Positions 1 through 9,059 of a DNA stretch of 64,000 nucleotides are shown here, one piece after another. The DNA is from Deinococcota bacterium (GTDB lineage: Bacteria; Deinococcota; Deinococci; Deinococcales; Trueperaceae): contig CAUJFI010000179.1 in the NCBI GenBank assembly GCA_963170125.1, positions 313-64,312 on the forward strand, read 5' to 3'. The notes under the pieces are model-generated. The model made no database searches, was not told where the DNA came from, and saw nothing but the letters and a program-made list of their open reading frames with translations. The position numbers were made by a program, and so were the translations under genes. Each line of letters begins with the position of its first letter. Position 1 is the stretch's first letter.

Positions 1-533
1 CGCACGAGGAGCGGCGCCAGGCCGAGGCTGGGCTCGTCCATGATCAGGACCTTCGGGTGGAGCATGAGGGCGCGGCCGATGGCGACCATCTGCTGCTGGC
101 CGCCTGAGAGCGAGCCGGCGGCGGCGCGGCGCTTGACCTGCAGGTCGGGGAAGAGCCGGTAGACGCGCTCGAACCCCTCGGCACGCCGCGCGCGGGCGGG
201 CGGGAGGTAGGCGCCAAGCGAGAGGTTCTCCTCGACGGTCATGTCGCCGAAGAGCTGGCGGCCCATGGGGACGTGCGCGAGCCCGCGCAACGCCAGGTCG
301 TGGGGCTTGAGGCCGGTGACGTCCTCGCTGCCAAGGAAGACCTTCCCGCCGCGCGGCTTGATCATGCCGGAGACGGCGCGGAGGATGGTCGATTTCCCGC
401 TGCCGTTGCCGCCGACCAATCCGACGAGCTCGCCGGCGTTCACGTGGAGCGAGACGCCGAAGACGACCTGGAGCTCGCCGTAGCCCAGGTCGGCGTCCAC
501 GACGTCGAGCACGCGCCGGGGCGCCTCACTCAT
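1..533 (-). CDS. livF: Branched-chain amino-acid ABC transporter ATP-binding protein (LivF type); C-terminal end cut by window edge
   Basis: Reverse translation of nt 3-533 is open. It reads Walker A (GGNGSGKST) and ...LSGGQQQMVAIGRALMLHPKVLIMDEPSLGLAPLLV (ABC signature plus Walker B). The ATG at 531-533 overlaps the stop of the upstream livG-type ORF. It is absent from the ORF track because there is no stop codon inside the window. Confidence 0.85.
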   Translation of the reverse strand, partial: MSEAPRRVLDVVDADLGYGELQVVFGVSLHVNAGELVGLVGGNGSGKSTILRAVSGMIKPRGGKVFLGSEDVTGLKPHDLALRGLAHVPMGRQLFGDMTVEENLSLGAYLPPARARRAEGFERVYRLFPDLQVKRRAAAGSLSGGQQQMVAIGRALMLHPKVLIMDEPSLGLAPLLV

Positions 534-1248
534 CCGCGCCTCCCAGGTACGCCTCGACGACGCGCGGGTCGTTCATGACCTGCTGGGGCGCCCCGTGCGC
601 GATCTTCTCGCCGAACGCGAGCACGATGACCTCCTCGCACAGCTCGGTCACCGCCTGCATGATGTGCTCCACCATGACGATCGCGATGCCGGAGTCCGCG
701 AGCGAGCGCACGAAGCCGATCATCTCCTTGAGGGCCGGCGGATTGAGGCCGGCCATCAGCTCGTCGAGGAACAGGACGCGCGGCTGCACGGCCAACGCCT
801 TGGCGAGCTCCAGGCGGCGGCGCCTGGCCAGGTTGAGGTCGCTCGAGGGTTGGACGGCGCGGTCGCTCAGGCCCACGAGCTCGAGGGCGTGCATGGCGGC
901 CGCCTCGGCCTCCGCGCGGTTGGCGTGGCGGAGGAAGGCGGGGATGAGCACGTTCTCGAGCACGGTGAGGCCCTCGAAGGGGCGCTCGATCTGGAAGGTG
1001 CGGCCCATGCCCCGGCGCGCCCTCGCGTAGGGCGGCAGGCGCTCTACATTCGAGCCGAACAGCCTCACCGTCCCGCGTCTGGCCTTGGCGTAGCCCGTCA
1101 GGGCGTTGAACAGCGTCGACTTGCCGGCGCCGTTGGGCCCGATGAGGCCGACGATCTGCCCGGTGTCGAGCGCGAGCGACACGTCGTTGACGGCCACGAG
1201 GCCGCCGAACTGGACAGTGATGCGCTCAGCCTCCAGCGCTCTTGGCAT
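526..1248 (-). CDS. livG: Branched-chain amino-acid ABC transporter ATP-binding protein (LivG type)
   Basis: 240-aa ORF with GLIGPNGAGKSTLFN (Walker A) and LFLDELMAGLNP (Walker B). Translationally coupled to its neighbours. Confidence 0.9.
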   Translation of the reverse strand: MPRALEAERITVQFGGLVAVNDVSLALDTGQIVGLIGPNGAGKSTLFNALTGYAKARRGTVRLFGSNVERLPPYARARRGMGRTFQIERPFEGLTVLENVLIPAFLRHANRAEAEAAAMHALELVGLSDRAVQPSSDLNLARRRRLELAKALAVQPRVLFLDELMAGLNPPALKEMIGFVRSLADSGIAIVMVEHIMQAVTELCEEVIVLAFGEKIAHGAPQQVMNDPRVVEAYLGGADE

Positions 1249-2290
1249 ACCGCCTCCTCACCGCGCGCCTGCGCAGCTCGCCCATGAGGCCGCGCGGCAC
1301 GAAGAGCACGACGATCACGATGAGCAGCCCGTAGATGAGCAGGTTGGCCTCCGCGAACGCGTTGCGGAACAGCTCGCCCGCCAGCGTGAGCATGGCGGCG
1401 CCGATGAGCGGCCCGAAGAGCGTGCCGCGCCCGCCGATGATCGCGACCAACGCGATGCGCACGCTCAGATGCAACTCGAACAGCGGCTGCGGCTGCAGCG
1501 CCGAGAGGAAGATGCCGTAGATGCAGCCGCCGAGGGCCGTGAGTGCCGCCGACAGCATGAAGGCCAGCGACTTCACCGAGACGGGGTTGATGCCCGCCGC
1601 CTGAGCGGACGCCTCGTCCTCGCGCACGGCCCGCATCTGGTAGCCGAGCTTGCCGCGCGTTACGAGCAGCGTCGTCGCGAGTACGAGCAGCAGGTAGCCG
1701 AGGGCCAGCCAGAACTCGGTGTGGCGGCTGAACAGGTCGAGACCGAACGGCCTGTCGAGGTCGAAGATGAACAGCCCGATGGCGCCGCCCGTCAGCTTGC
1801 GCTCGTTGATCGCGATAAGCCTCAGGATCTCCGCGACGGCGATGCTGGAAAGCACGAAGTAGGAGCCGCGCAGGCCGAACGTGATGCGCCCCCAGAGGAA
1901 CGCGAGGACGGCCGCCAGCGCCATCGCGAGGAGCACGCTCCACCACGGCGCGAGGCCGTACTTCGTGGCCGTGACGCCGACGACGTAGGCGCCCAAGCCG
2001 ACGAAGGCGGCGTGGCCGAGGCTCGTCTGACCGGTCCAGCCGCCGAGCAGGTCCCAGGCGCTCGCCCAGCCGGCGAGCAGGAGGAGGCCGATGCCCAGCG
2101 ACAGGGAGCTCGGGAAGACGACGTACCAGGCGGCGCCCGCCGCGGCCACGCCGGCCAGCCCCAGCCACGGCGCCCCGCCGCGCTCGAGCCAGGGCGTCAG
2201 CGCTCGCGAGGCCGGTCCGGGCGCCGCCGATGGCGCGGCCGGAGGCGGTCCCGCGCCCGCGTCCGGCCCCCTGTCGGGAGAACCCGTCAT
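1226..2290 (-). CDS. livM: Branched-chain amino-acid ABC transporter permease (LivM type)
   Basis: 354-aa multi-TM ORF with GQTSLGHAAFVGLGAY and GGRGTLFGPLIGA motifs. ATGA overlap with the livH stop at 2287-2290. Confidence 0.85.
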   Translation of the reverse strand: MTGSPDRGPDAGAGPPPAAPSAAPGPASRALTPWLERGGAPWLGLAGVAAAGAAWYVVFPSSLSLGIGLLLLAGWASAWDLLGGWTGQTSLGHAAFVGLGAYVVGVTATKYGLAPWWSVLLAMALAAVLAFLWGRITFGLRGSYFVLSSIAVAEILRLIAINERKLTGGAIGLFIFDLDRPFGLDLFSRHTEFWLALGYLLLVLATTLLVTRGKLGYQMRAVREDEASAQAAGINPVSVKSLAFMLSAALTALGGCIYGIFLSALQPQPLFELHLSVRIALVAIIGGRGTLFGPLIGAAMLTLAGELFRNAFAEANLLIYGLLIVIVVLFVPRGLMGELRRRAVRRRYAKSAGG

Positions 2291-3171
2291 ACCCGCTTCA
2301 CCGTGCGCCCGAAGAGCCCTTCCGGCCTCAGCAGGAGGATGAGGAGGAAGGCGAAGAGTCCGTAGGCGTCACGGTAGCCGGAGGAGAGGTAGGACGCGCC
2401 GAGGAACTCGACGACCCCGAGCAGCAGCCCGCCGCCGATGGCGCCCGGCACGCTGCCGAGCCCGCCGAGCACGGTGACGACGAACGCCTTGAGCGTGTAG
2501 CTGGAGCCGACGGTCGGCACGGCGAAGAGGAGCGGTGCGAGGATGACGCCCGCGCACATGGCGAGGGCCATGCCGATCCCGAAGACGAGCGCGTGGATGC
2601 GCGGGGTGTCGATCCCGACGAGCTCGGCGCCGAGGCGGTTCTGCGCCGTTGCCCGCACCGCCCGCCCGACCTCGGTGCGCGTCAGGATCAGCCAGAGGCC
2701 GACGATCACGACGAGGGTTATGGCGCCGGCGATCAGCTGCGCCACCGGCAGCCGCACCCCGCCGAGCGTCACGGTGGCGGTGGCGTACGGCAGGTAGATC
2801 GACTTCGGCTCGGCGCCGAAGATCAGGAACAAGACATTGGAGAGCACGAGGGCCAGGCCGAGCGTGGCCAGCAGCGTGCTGTCGGCCGGCGCGTCGATCA
2901 GACGGTGCAGGACGACGCGCTGCAGCGCGGCCCCGAGGACGAAGCCCAGCGGCGCGGCCACGAGCAGCGCGACGTACGGGTCCATACCGAGGCGTTGGAA
3001 GAGCACGATGGCCGTGTACATCCCGACGGCCACGAACTCGCCGTGCGCGAAGTTGATGATGCGCATGACCCCGAAGATGAGCGATAGCCCTACGCCGATG
3101 AGGGCGTAGATGCCGCCGATCAACAGGCCGCCGGTGAGGTTCTGTAGGAACGGAGCCAGCCACTCCATCAC
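2287..3171 (-). CDS. livH: Branched-chain amino-acid ABC transporter permease (LivH type)
   Basis: 294-aa ORF with IINFAHGEF and VLGGLGSVPGAIGGG motifs typical of LivH. Confidence 0.9.
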   Translation of the reverse strand: MMEWLAPFLQNLTGGLLIGGIYALIGVGLSLIFGVMRIINFAHGEFVAVGMYTAIVLFQRLGMDPYVALLVAAPLGFVLGAALQRVVLHRLIDAPADSTLLATLGLALVLSNVLFLIFGAEPKSIYLPYATATVTLGGVRLPVAQLIAGAITLVVIVGLWLILTRTEVGRAVRATAQNRLGAELVGIDTPRIHALVFGIGMALAMCAGVILAPLLFAVPTVGSSYTLKAFVVTVLGGLGSVPGAIGGGLLLGVVEFLGASYLSSGYRDAYGLFAFLLILLLRPEGLFGRTVKRV

Positions 3172-3209
3172 TGGCTCCGTCCGGAGGCGAGGTTAGGCAA
3201 GCTAGCGCG

Positions 3210-4409
3210 TCAGCGCGCGTTCCAAGACGGGGTCTCGAGCAGGTCCCCCACGACCTGGCCGTTCACGTACACAGTCACGAAGTCGCCGTTCACGACTTGC
3301 TCGGCCACGGCGGGTAGCGGGGCCTGGTTCTTGTAGCCCTGGTAGTCCTCGAACCGGATGGGGCCGTAGACCGTGTCGGGCATGTTCGTGGCGAGGAGGG
3401 CGGCGCGCACGTCCGCCGGCGAGAAGGAGGCGGCGCGCTTCAACACGTCGACGGCGGTGATGACCGCGGCGTACGCCTGGGCGGCGTGGTACGAGGGCGT
3501 GCGGCCCAGGATGGCGCTCAGGCGGGCGTTGAGGTCCTGCGCACCCGGGTACGGCACGTCCTTCGTCCACATGGTGGCAGTGAACACGTAGTCGGCGGCC
3601 GGGCCCGAGCCCTCGATGAAGCCGGGGAGCGCGAAGCCAGCCGCGCCACCCGCGAACACCTTGGCGTCGAGGCCCACTTCCTGCACCTGGCGCATGAGGG
3701 CGACGGAGTCGGCCGCGTACGACACCATGAACAGGATGTCCGGGTTCAGGGTCTTGAAGCGGTTGAGGATGGGCCGGAAGTCGGCGCCCGCCTGGTCGTA
3801 GTCCTGGCGCTGGAGCACCGTGTAGCCGCGCTCGGCGGCGATCACGTCCACCGCGTCTGCCACCGCGCTCTCGAACGCGCCGTTGCCGTGCACGGTCACC
3901 ACGGTCTTGAGGGTCCCGGCACCGCGCTCGGCGTTGATGGCGTCGAAGACGTCGAACAGGACCTGGGCGTAGGCGTACGACGGCTGGTTGATGCGGAAAA
4001 TCCAGTCGGAGCCAGGCCGCGTGATGGCGTCGTCGGAGGACGTGAACACGAGGAACGGCCGCTGCTGGCGCGTGAAGTACTGGGCCAGCGGGTTGGTGAT
4101 GCCCGAGGAGTACGCGCCCATCACGAGGGGCAGGCCCTGGTTGACGAGCTTCTCACCGGCCGTGAGCGCGGCGTTCACCTCCGAGATGTCGTCCTCGAAC
4201 ACGACCTCGACGGCGGCGCCGTTCACGCCGCCGGCGGCGTTGACGTCCTCCAGGGCGGCCTGGATGCCGGCCTTGTGCTGCTCGCCGAACTCGGCGAACC
4301 GACCCGTGAGGCTCGTGATGACGCCGATCTTCACGGTCTCTTGGGCGGTGGCCGTTGCTGTCAGCAGCGCCAGGCAGCCTACGAGCAGGGCAACGAAGAC
4401 TCGCTTCAT
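3210..4409 (-). CDS. ABC transporter periplasmic amino-acid-binding protein (LivJ/K family)
   Basis: Part of ORF 3210..4502. The preferred start is the ATG at 4407-4409 (MKRVFVALLVGCLALLTATATAQ signal peptide), preceded by GGAGG. It contains the VKIGVITSLTGRFAEFG motif of type-I periplasmic binding proteins. Confidence 0.85.
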   Translation of the reverse strand: MKRVFVALLVGCLALLTATATAQETVKIGVITSLTGRFAEFGEQHKAGIQAALEDVNAAGGVNGAAVEVVFEDDISEVNAALTAGEKLVNQGLPLVMGAYSSGITNPLAQYFTRQQRPFLVFTSSDDAITRPGSDWIFRINQPSYAYAQVLFDVFDAINAERGAGTLKTVVTVHGNGAFESAVADAVDVIAAERGYTVLQRQDYDQAGADFRPILNRFKTLNPDILFMVSYAADSVALMRQVQEVGLDAKVFAGGAAGFALPGFIEGSGPAADYVFTATMWTKDVPYPGAQDLNARLSAILGRTPSYHAAQAYAAVITAVDVLKRAASFSPADVRAALLATNMPDTVYGPIRFEDYQGYKNQAPLPAVAEQVVNGDFVTVYVNGQVVGDLLETPSWNAR

Positions 4410-4677
4410 GCTTCCTCCAGTGGTGATGCAGATTGCTTGTCGCCCTAAGGTAACAGCCGACGGTGCCGGCCGTGGCGACGAACGTAACGGACGCCCGTAC
4501 ACACCCGGCGTCGCACGAACCGCGGCGCCGGTGCCACGGCCCCGCGCACGCCAAGGGGTGTAGACTGCTCATCCATCTCCAGGACGGGATGTCAGGCCCC
4601 TTGAAGATCGCCACGTTACTAGCCAAGACCGAGACCGATTCCACCGCGGGGCGGCCGACTCCGGATCGGGGGTCGGC

Positions 4678-6261
4678 ATGCTGCTGACCATGCTCGGCGG
4701 CCTGGCGCTCCTGCTGACGGGCACGTACCGGATCTCGGCCGCGCTGCAGGAGGCCATCGGCCCGGCGTCGCGCCGCTGGCTGGCGTTGGCGACCAGGTCA
4801 CCCGTCATGGCGCTGCTGACGGGCACGGCGGTGGCCGCGGCGACGCAGAGCGGCACGTCCATCTCCGTGACCATCCTCGGCCTGCTCGGCAGCGGCTTCG
4901 TGGCCGTGCGCGAGGGGATAGTCATGCTCATGGGCGCCAAGCTCGGCGCCACGCTCGCCATGCAGTTGGCGGCTTTCCACCTCTCCGACTACGCCCTGCC
5001 CATGATCGGCGTCGGCTACGTCCTCGCGCTGTGGCGCAGGGGCAAGGCCGTCGGCGAGTTCCTGCTCGGCACGGGCTTGCTCTTCTTCGGCCTCGAGCTC
5101 ACGGTCCAGTCGGTCTCGGGCCTGAGCTCCAGCGAGGTCTTCAACGTCCTCGTCCGGGCGGCCGAGCAGCAGCCCCTCGCCGTCCTCGCCCTCGGCGGCG
5201 CGCTCGGCACGATGCTGTCGAGCTCCAACGCCGCCACGGCCGTGGCGCTCGGCCTGCACGTGGCCGGCGCCGTCTCCCTCGAGACGGCCCTCGCCCTCGT
5301 GGTCGGCGGCAACGCCGGCGCGGGCGTCCTCCCCCTCATGGTGTCCCGCAGCTTCGACTCGAACGCGCAGCGCGCCGGCCTCATGCAGATGCTGGTCCTC
5401 GTGTTCGGCGCCGTGGCCGTCGTCCTCTTCCTCGGACCAGCGACCGACCTGCTCAGGGCCATTGGCGGGGGCGGGGCCCGCGAGGTCGCCAACGCCCACA
5501 CGCTCTTCAACCTGGCCGTCGCGCTCTTCGGCACCGTGTTCTGCCGCCTGCTCGCCCCCTTGAGTGCCAAGCTCGTCCCCATGACGGACGACGACTCGGC
5601 GCCCAAGTACTTGCGGGCCGAGGCCGTCTCCGACCCCCAGCTCGGCCTCGCCCTCGCGAGGCGCGAGACCGTGCGCATCAGCGACCAGGTGGTCGTGATG
5701 ACCGAGCGGGCCATGGAGTACCTGGCGAGCGGCCGGTGGGACCCGGGCCCCATCGCCGCCAGGGAGCTGAAGGTCGACCGCCTCACGTTCAGGGTCGTCG
5801 ACTACGTCGCCCGCATCCGCAGGGCGAACGGCGAGGACCCGATCTCGGAACGGCTGCTCCTCACCGCTACGGAGCTCGAGCACATGGGCGACCAGATCAG
5901 GCGTCTCGCCAGGCGCGAGGAGAAGCTCAAGAGCGAGGGCGTCGAGTTCAGCAAGGAGGGCCGCTCCGAGCTGGCCGCCACTGGCGAGCGCGTCCTCACG
6001 CGCATGCGCAACGCGTTCACGGCCCTGGCGACGGGCGACAAGGGTATGGCGCGGAACGTCATCGCCGGGCGGCACGCCCTCGAGGACCACATCGCCACCA
6101 TGCGCGTGGCGCACCTGGCGCGGTTGGAGGCGCAGCTGCCCGAGTCACGCGCGTCGAGTTCCCACCACCTGGAGGTCTTGACGCTCATGCGCGACCTGGA
6201 CGCCAGCGTCACCCGCGTCGCCGGCTGGGCGGCGGAGATGGAGGAACATGTCGGACGTTGA
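4678..6261 (+). CDS. Na+/phosphate symporter family protein with C-terminal PhoU-like domain
   Basis: 527-aa ORF. The N-terminal half is polytopic and Gly/Ala-rich in repeated helices. The C-terminal ~200 aa are soluble and helical (PhoU-like), the usual NptA/YjbB-type architecture. Confidence 0.7.
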   Translation: MLLTMLGGLALLLTGTYRISAALQEAIGPASRRWLALATRSPVMALLTGTAVAAATQSGTSISVTILGLLGSGFVAVREGIVMLMGAKLGATLAMQLAAFHLSDYALPMIGVGYVLALWRRGKAVGEFLLGTGLLFFGLELTVQSVSGLSSSEVFNVLVRAAEQQPLAVLALGGALGTMLSSSNAATAVALGLHVAGAVSLETALALVVGGNAGAGVLPLMVSRSFDSNAQRAGLMQMLVLVFGAVAVVLFLGPATDLLRAIGGGGAREVANAHTLFNLAVALFGTVFCRLLAPLSAKLVPMTDDDSAPKYLRAEAVSDPQLGLALARRETVRISDQVVVMTERAMEYLASGRWDPGPIAARELKVDRLTFRVVDYVARIRRANGEDPISERLLLTATELEHMGDQIRRLARREEKLKSEGVEFSKEGRSELAATGERVLTRMRNAFTALATGDKGMARNVIAGRHALEDHIATMRVAHLARLEAQLPESRASSSHHLEVLTLMRDLDASVTRVAGWAAEMEEHVGR

Positions 6262-7504
6262 CGATCCCCGCGCGCCGGCCGCTTCGCAGAGTCCTGCCGG
6301 AACCCCGCGTCCTTTCGAGCCCGGTTCAATAGGTTCTCCGCGGCACTCCGAAGGATCTCCACGTCCCCTGCACGCCTTCTCGCTCGACCTGGGCGACGGT
6401 CTGGCCCTGCGGCTACGCGAGCCGCACCACGCCCCCGAGTACCGGGCCATGCTGGAAGCCAACCGGCCCCATCTCGAGCGGTGGCTGCCGGTCTTCGCCC
6501 CCCTGCGGCCCGAGGACGCGACGAAGCTGACGGCCGCCGCCCTCGAGCTGTTCGCAGCGGGCGCCGGTTGGGAAGCCGACCTCTGCGAGTGGGGCGAGCC
6601 GGTAGGCGTCATCCGCCTGCACCGCCGCTCGGAGGCCGGGGGCAGCAGCGAGGTCGGCTACTGGGTCGCCGCCGAGCACGAGGGACGCGGGCTCGTCACC
6701 CGCGCGGTGAGCGGCGTGCTGCGCTACCTCTTCGACGGCTTCGAAGTCGGCCACGTCGGCCTCGTCACGGCGACGGACAACGTGCGCTCGCGCCGCGTGG
6801 CCGAGCGGCTCGGCTTCGACCTCGAGGCCGTGATGCGGCGGTCGTCCATCTCGGTCACCGGCGAGCCCGTCGACCAGGCGTTCTACGGGCTGGTGCGGGA
6901 AGGGGGCGGCGGGGCGGCCGCCTATGCGCGCTTCACGCTGCCGGTAGACGAGGAGCTAGAGCTGGTAGTGCTAGAGCTGCCGGACGCGGCGAGGCTGACC
7001 GAGCTGGCCCAGCGCAACGCCCAGGAGCTGCAGGAGTGGATGCCGTGGGCCGCGGACCTCTCCCCTGAGGCGTTACAGGGGTTCATCACGGGCCGCGCGC
7101 TGCGGGCCATCGCGAAGGGCGAGGGCTTCGAGGCGGGCGTGCTCGAGCGCGGGCAGCTCGTCGGCATGGTGGGCGTGCACCACGTGGCCACGGACCTGCG
7201 GCGCGGCGAGATCGGCTACTGGCTGGACGCGGCGCGGTACGGCAACGGCATCGTCACCAGAAGCGTCAGCGCCGTCCTAGCGCGCTGTTTCGAGTCGCCG
7301 GCCTGCGGCGGCCAACCGTTCGAGCGCATGGAGATCAGGACCGACGTCGACAACCTGCGCAGCCGAGCCGTGGCGGAGCGGCTGGGGTTCGCGTTCGAGG
7401 GCGTGCTGCGGCGCTTCATCCACAACCGGGGCGTGCACCGCGACTGCGCCGTCTACAGCCTGCTGCGAGACGAGTGGGTGGCCAGGCACCCGCCGGAGGC
7501 GTAG
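6248..7504 (+). CDS. Tandem (duplicated) GNAT N-acyltransferase, RimJ/RimL-like domains
   Basis: 418-aa ORF with two internally homologous halves. Each half ends in ...N.RSRRVAERLGF..E.V.RR... (NVRSRRVAERLGFDLEAVMRR and NLRSRAVAERLGFAFEGVLRR). The exact start is uncertain. Confidence 0.75.
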   Translation: MSDVDDPRAPAASQSPAGTPRPFEPGSIGSPRHSEGSPRPLHAFSLDLGDGLALRLREPHHAPEYRAMLEANRPHLERWLPVFAPLRPEDATKLTAAALELFAAGAGWEADLCEWGEPVGVIRLHRRSEAGGSSEVGYWVAAEHEGRGLVTRAVSGVLRYLFDGFEVGHVGLVTATDNVRSRRVAERLGFDLEAVMRRSSISVTGEPVDQAFYGLVREGGGGAAAYARFTLPVDEELELVVLELPDAARLTELAQRNAQELQEWMPWAADLSPEALQGFITGRALRAIAKGEGFEAGVLERGQLVGMVGVHHVATDLRRGEIGYWLDAARYGNGIVTRSVSAVLARCFESPACGGQPFERMEIRTDVDNLRSRAVAERLGFAFEGVLRRFIHNRGVHRDCAVYSLLRDEWVARHPPEA

Positions 7505-7583
7505 GCCTCGGCCAGGTGCGTTCCCGGGGCGGGTGGGCTGACGCGCCGCACTCTGGCTGCGCCGAGAAGCTCGCGGCAGGCGC

Positions 7584-8690
7584 TCAACCGGCCAGCGCTT
7601 GGTGGCGGGTCGTGATGCGCTCCACCAGGCCACGCTTCAGCGTCACGCCCGTGCCCGGCCCGGTCGGCACGCTCTGCACGCCGTTCTCGGCTTCGAGCGG
7701 CTCCTCGACGATGTCCTCGTTCCAGTAGCGGCTGGCGCTCGACGTATCGCCAGGCAGGGTGAAGCCCTCCAACGTGCTGATATGCAGGCAGTGCGCCCTG
7801 CCGACGCCGCTCTCGAGCATGCCGCCGCACCAGACGGGCGCGCCGAACGCCTTGGCGACGTCGTGCACCATGCGCGCCGCCAGATGGCCGCGCACGCGGC
7901 CGGTCTTGACGTTGATGACGCGACCGGCGCCGATGCCGAGGCCCTTGCGCGCATCGTCCGGCGAGTGGATGCTCTCGTCGAGGCAGATGGCCGTGTCCAG
8001 CTGCGCTTGCAGCTCGGCATGGTCGATCAGGTCGTCGAAGGCGAGGGGTTGCTCGATGTACGCCAGGCCGAACTCGTCTAGCTCCCGCAGGCGCGGCGCG
8101 TCCGTCAGGCGGTAGGCGCTGTTGGCGTCGACGGTGAGCTCGATATGGGGCAGCGCGGCCCGCACGGCGGCCACGGGCTCGACGTCCCAGCCGGGCGCGA
8201 TCTTGAGCTTGATGCGCCGGTAGCCGAGCGCCGCGTTGTGCCGCGCGAGCTCGACCGTCTCCTCGACGCTCTCCTGGATGCCGAGGGAGATGCCGACGGC
8301 TATGGGACGGAGGCGCCCGCCGAGGAGCTGCCATAGGGGCACGCCGAGCGCGCGCGCCTGCAGGTCCCAGAAGGCCATCTCGACCGCCGCCACCGCCATG
8401 TTGTGGCCGCGGACGTAGCGGAGTTCGTGCAGGAGCTCGGCGGCAGAGTCGTAGTTCTTGCCGAGCAGTAGCGGCGCGACGAAGTTCGCGATCACGTGCC
8501 AGGCCGTGTCGACCGTCTCGTAGGAGTAGCCGGGGAACTCACCCGCCGTGCACTCCGACACCCCCTCGAGACCGCCGGAGAACACGGACACGAGCAGGAC
8601 GCGCCTGTCCTGTTCCACTCCGAACGACGTGCGGAAGGGGAACTTGAGGCGCATGGCGACCTCGCGGAGTTCGATACGGTCGATCCTCAT
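7584..8690 (-). CDS. Enolase-superfamily enzyme, o-succinylbenzoate synthase / N-acyl(succinyl)amino-acid racemase type
   Basis: ORF 7584..8708, with the start preferred at MRIDRIELREV (8690). KxK motif (RIKLKI). Metal ligands in TVDANSAY, YIEQPL and ICLDESI. Second general base in VINVKTGRV. Confidence 0.8.
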   Translation of the reverse strand: MRIDRIELREVAMRLKFPFRTSFGVEQDRRVLLVSVFSGGLEGVSECTAGEFPGYSYETVDTAWHVIANFVAPLLLGKNYDSAAELLHELRYVRGHNMAVAAVEMAFWDLQARALGVPLWQLLGGRLRPIAVGISLGIQESVEETVELARHNAALGYRRIKLKIAPGWDVEPVAAVRAALPHIELTVDANSAYRLTDAPRLRELDEFGLAYIEQPLAFDDLIDHAELQAQLDTAICLDESIHSPDDARKGLGIGAGRVINVKTGRVRGHLAARMVHDVAKAFGAPVWCGGMLESGVGRAHCLHISTLEGFTLPGDTSSASRYWNEDIVEEPLEAENGVQSVPTGPGTGVTLKRGLVERITTRHQALAG

Positions 8691-8924
8691 GGGCAGGCAA
8701 CCTTCCATACGGGCGGGAGCACCCCGCCGTGAGCGCTCGGCCGCGGTCGGACGCGACCATCTTTCATGAGCGAATCATGCCACGCTCCTCGCGCACGCAT
8801 CGCGCCCTACTCGCCTGACGCTGACGCAGGGCCGCCGGTCGCCAGGCGGGTCGCGGCGTAAGAGATCGAGATATCCCGTCAGGCACGGCAATTACCTACG
8901 TCAGGGCCTGATTTGCGGTGAGCG

Positions 8925-8953
8925 TTGACACCTCGCCCGGGACCCCGTATATA
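8925..8953 (+). promoter_or_regulatory. Near-consensus sigma-70-type promoter upstream of the second Liv-type operon
   Basis: TTGACA (8925-8930), a 17-nt spacer, then TATATA (8948-8953), about 105 nt upstream of the ATG at 9060. Confidence 0.5.
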
Positions 8954-9059
8954 GTGCGGGGACGTACAAAGCTACGCGTGATGGCGGCGCATGCCGCGCG
9001 ATCTGCCAAGCAGCGCGCCTCACGCCCACGGCTCAGGTCGTGAGAGAGGACTTCACAGT

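Noticed and set aside
4798-6114. 438-aa minus-strand ORF, and a 433-aa plus-strand ORF at 5031-6332, overlapping the Na/Pi symporter gene.
   Set aside because: These are shadow ORFs. Only the 4678-6261 frame gives a polytopic membrane domain plus a PhoU-like protein.
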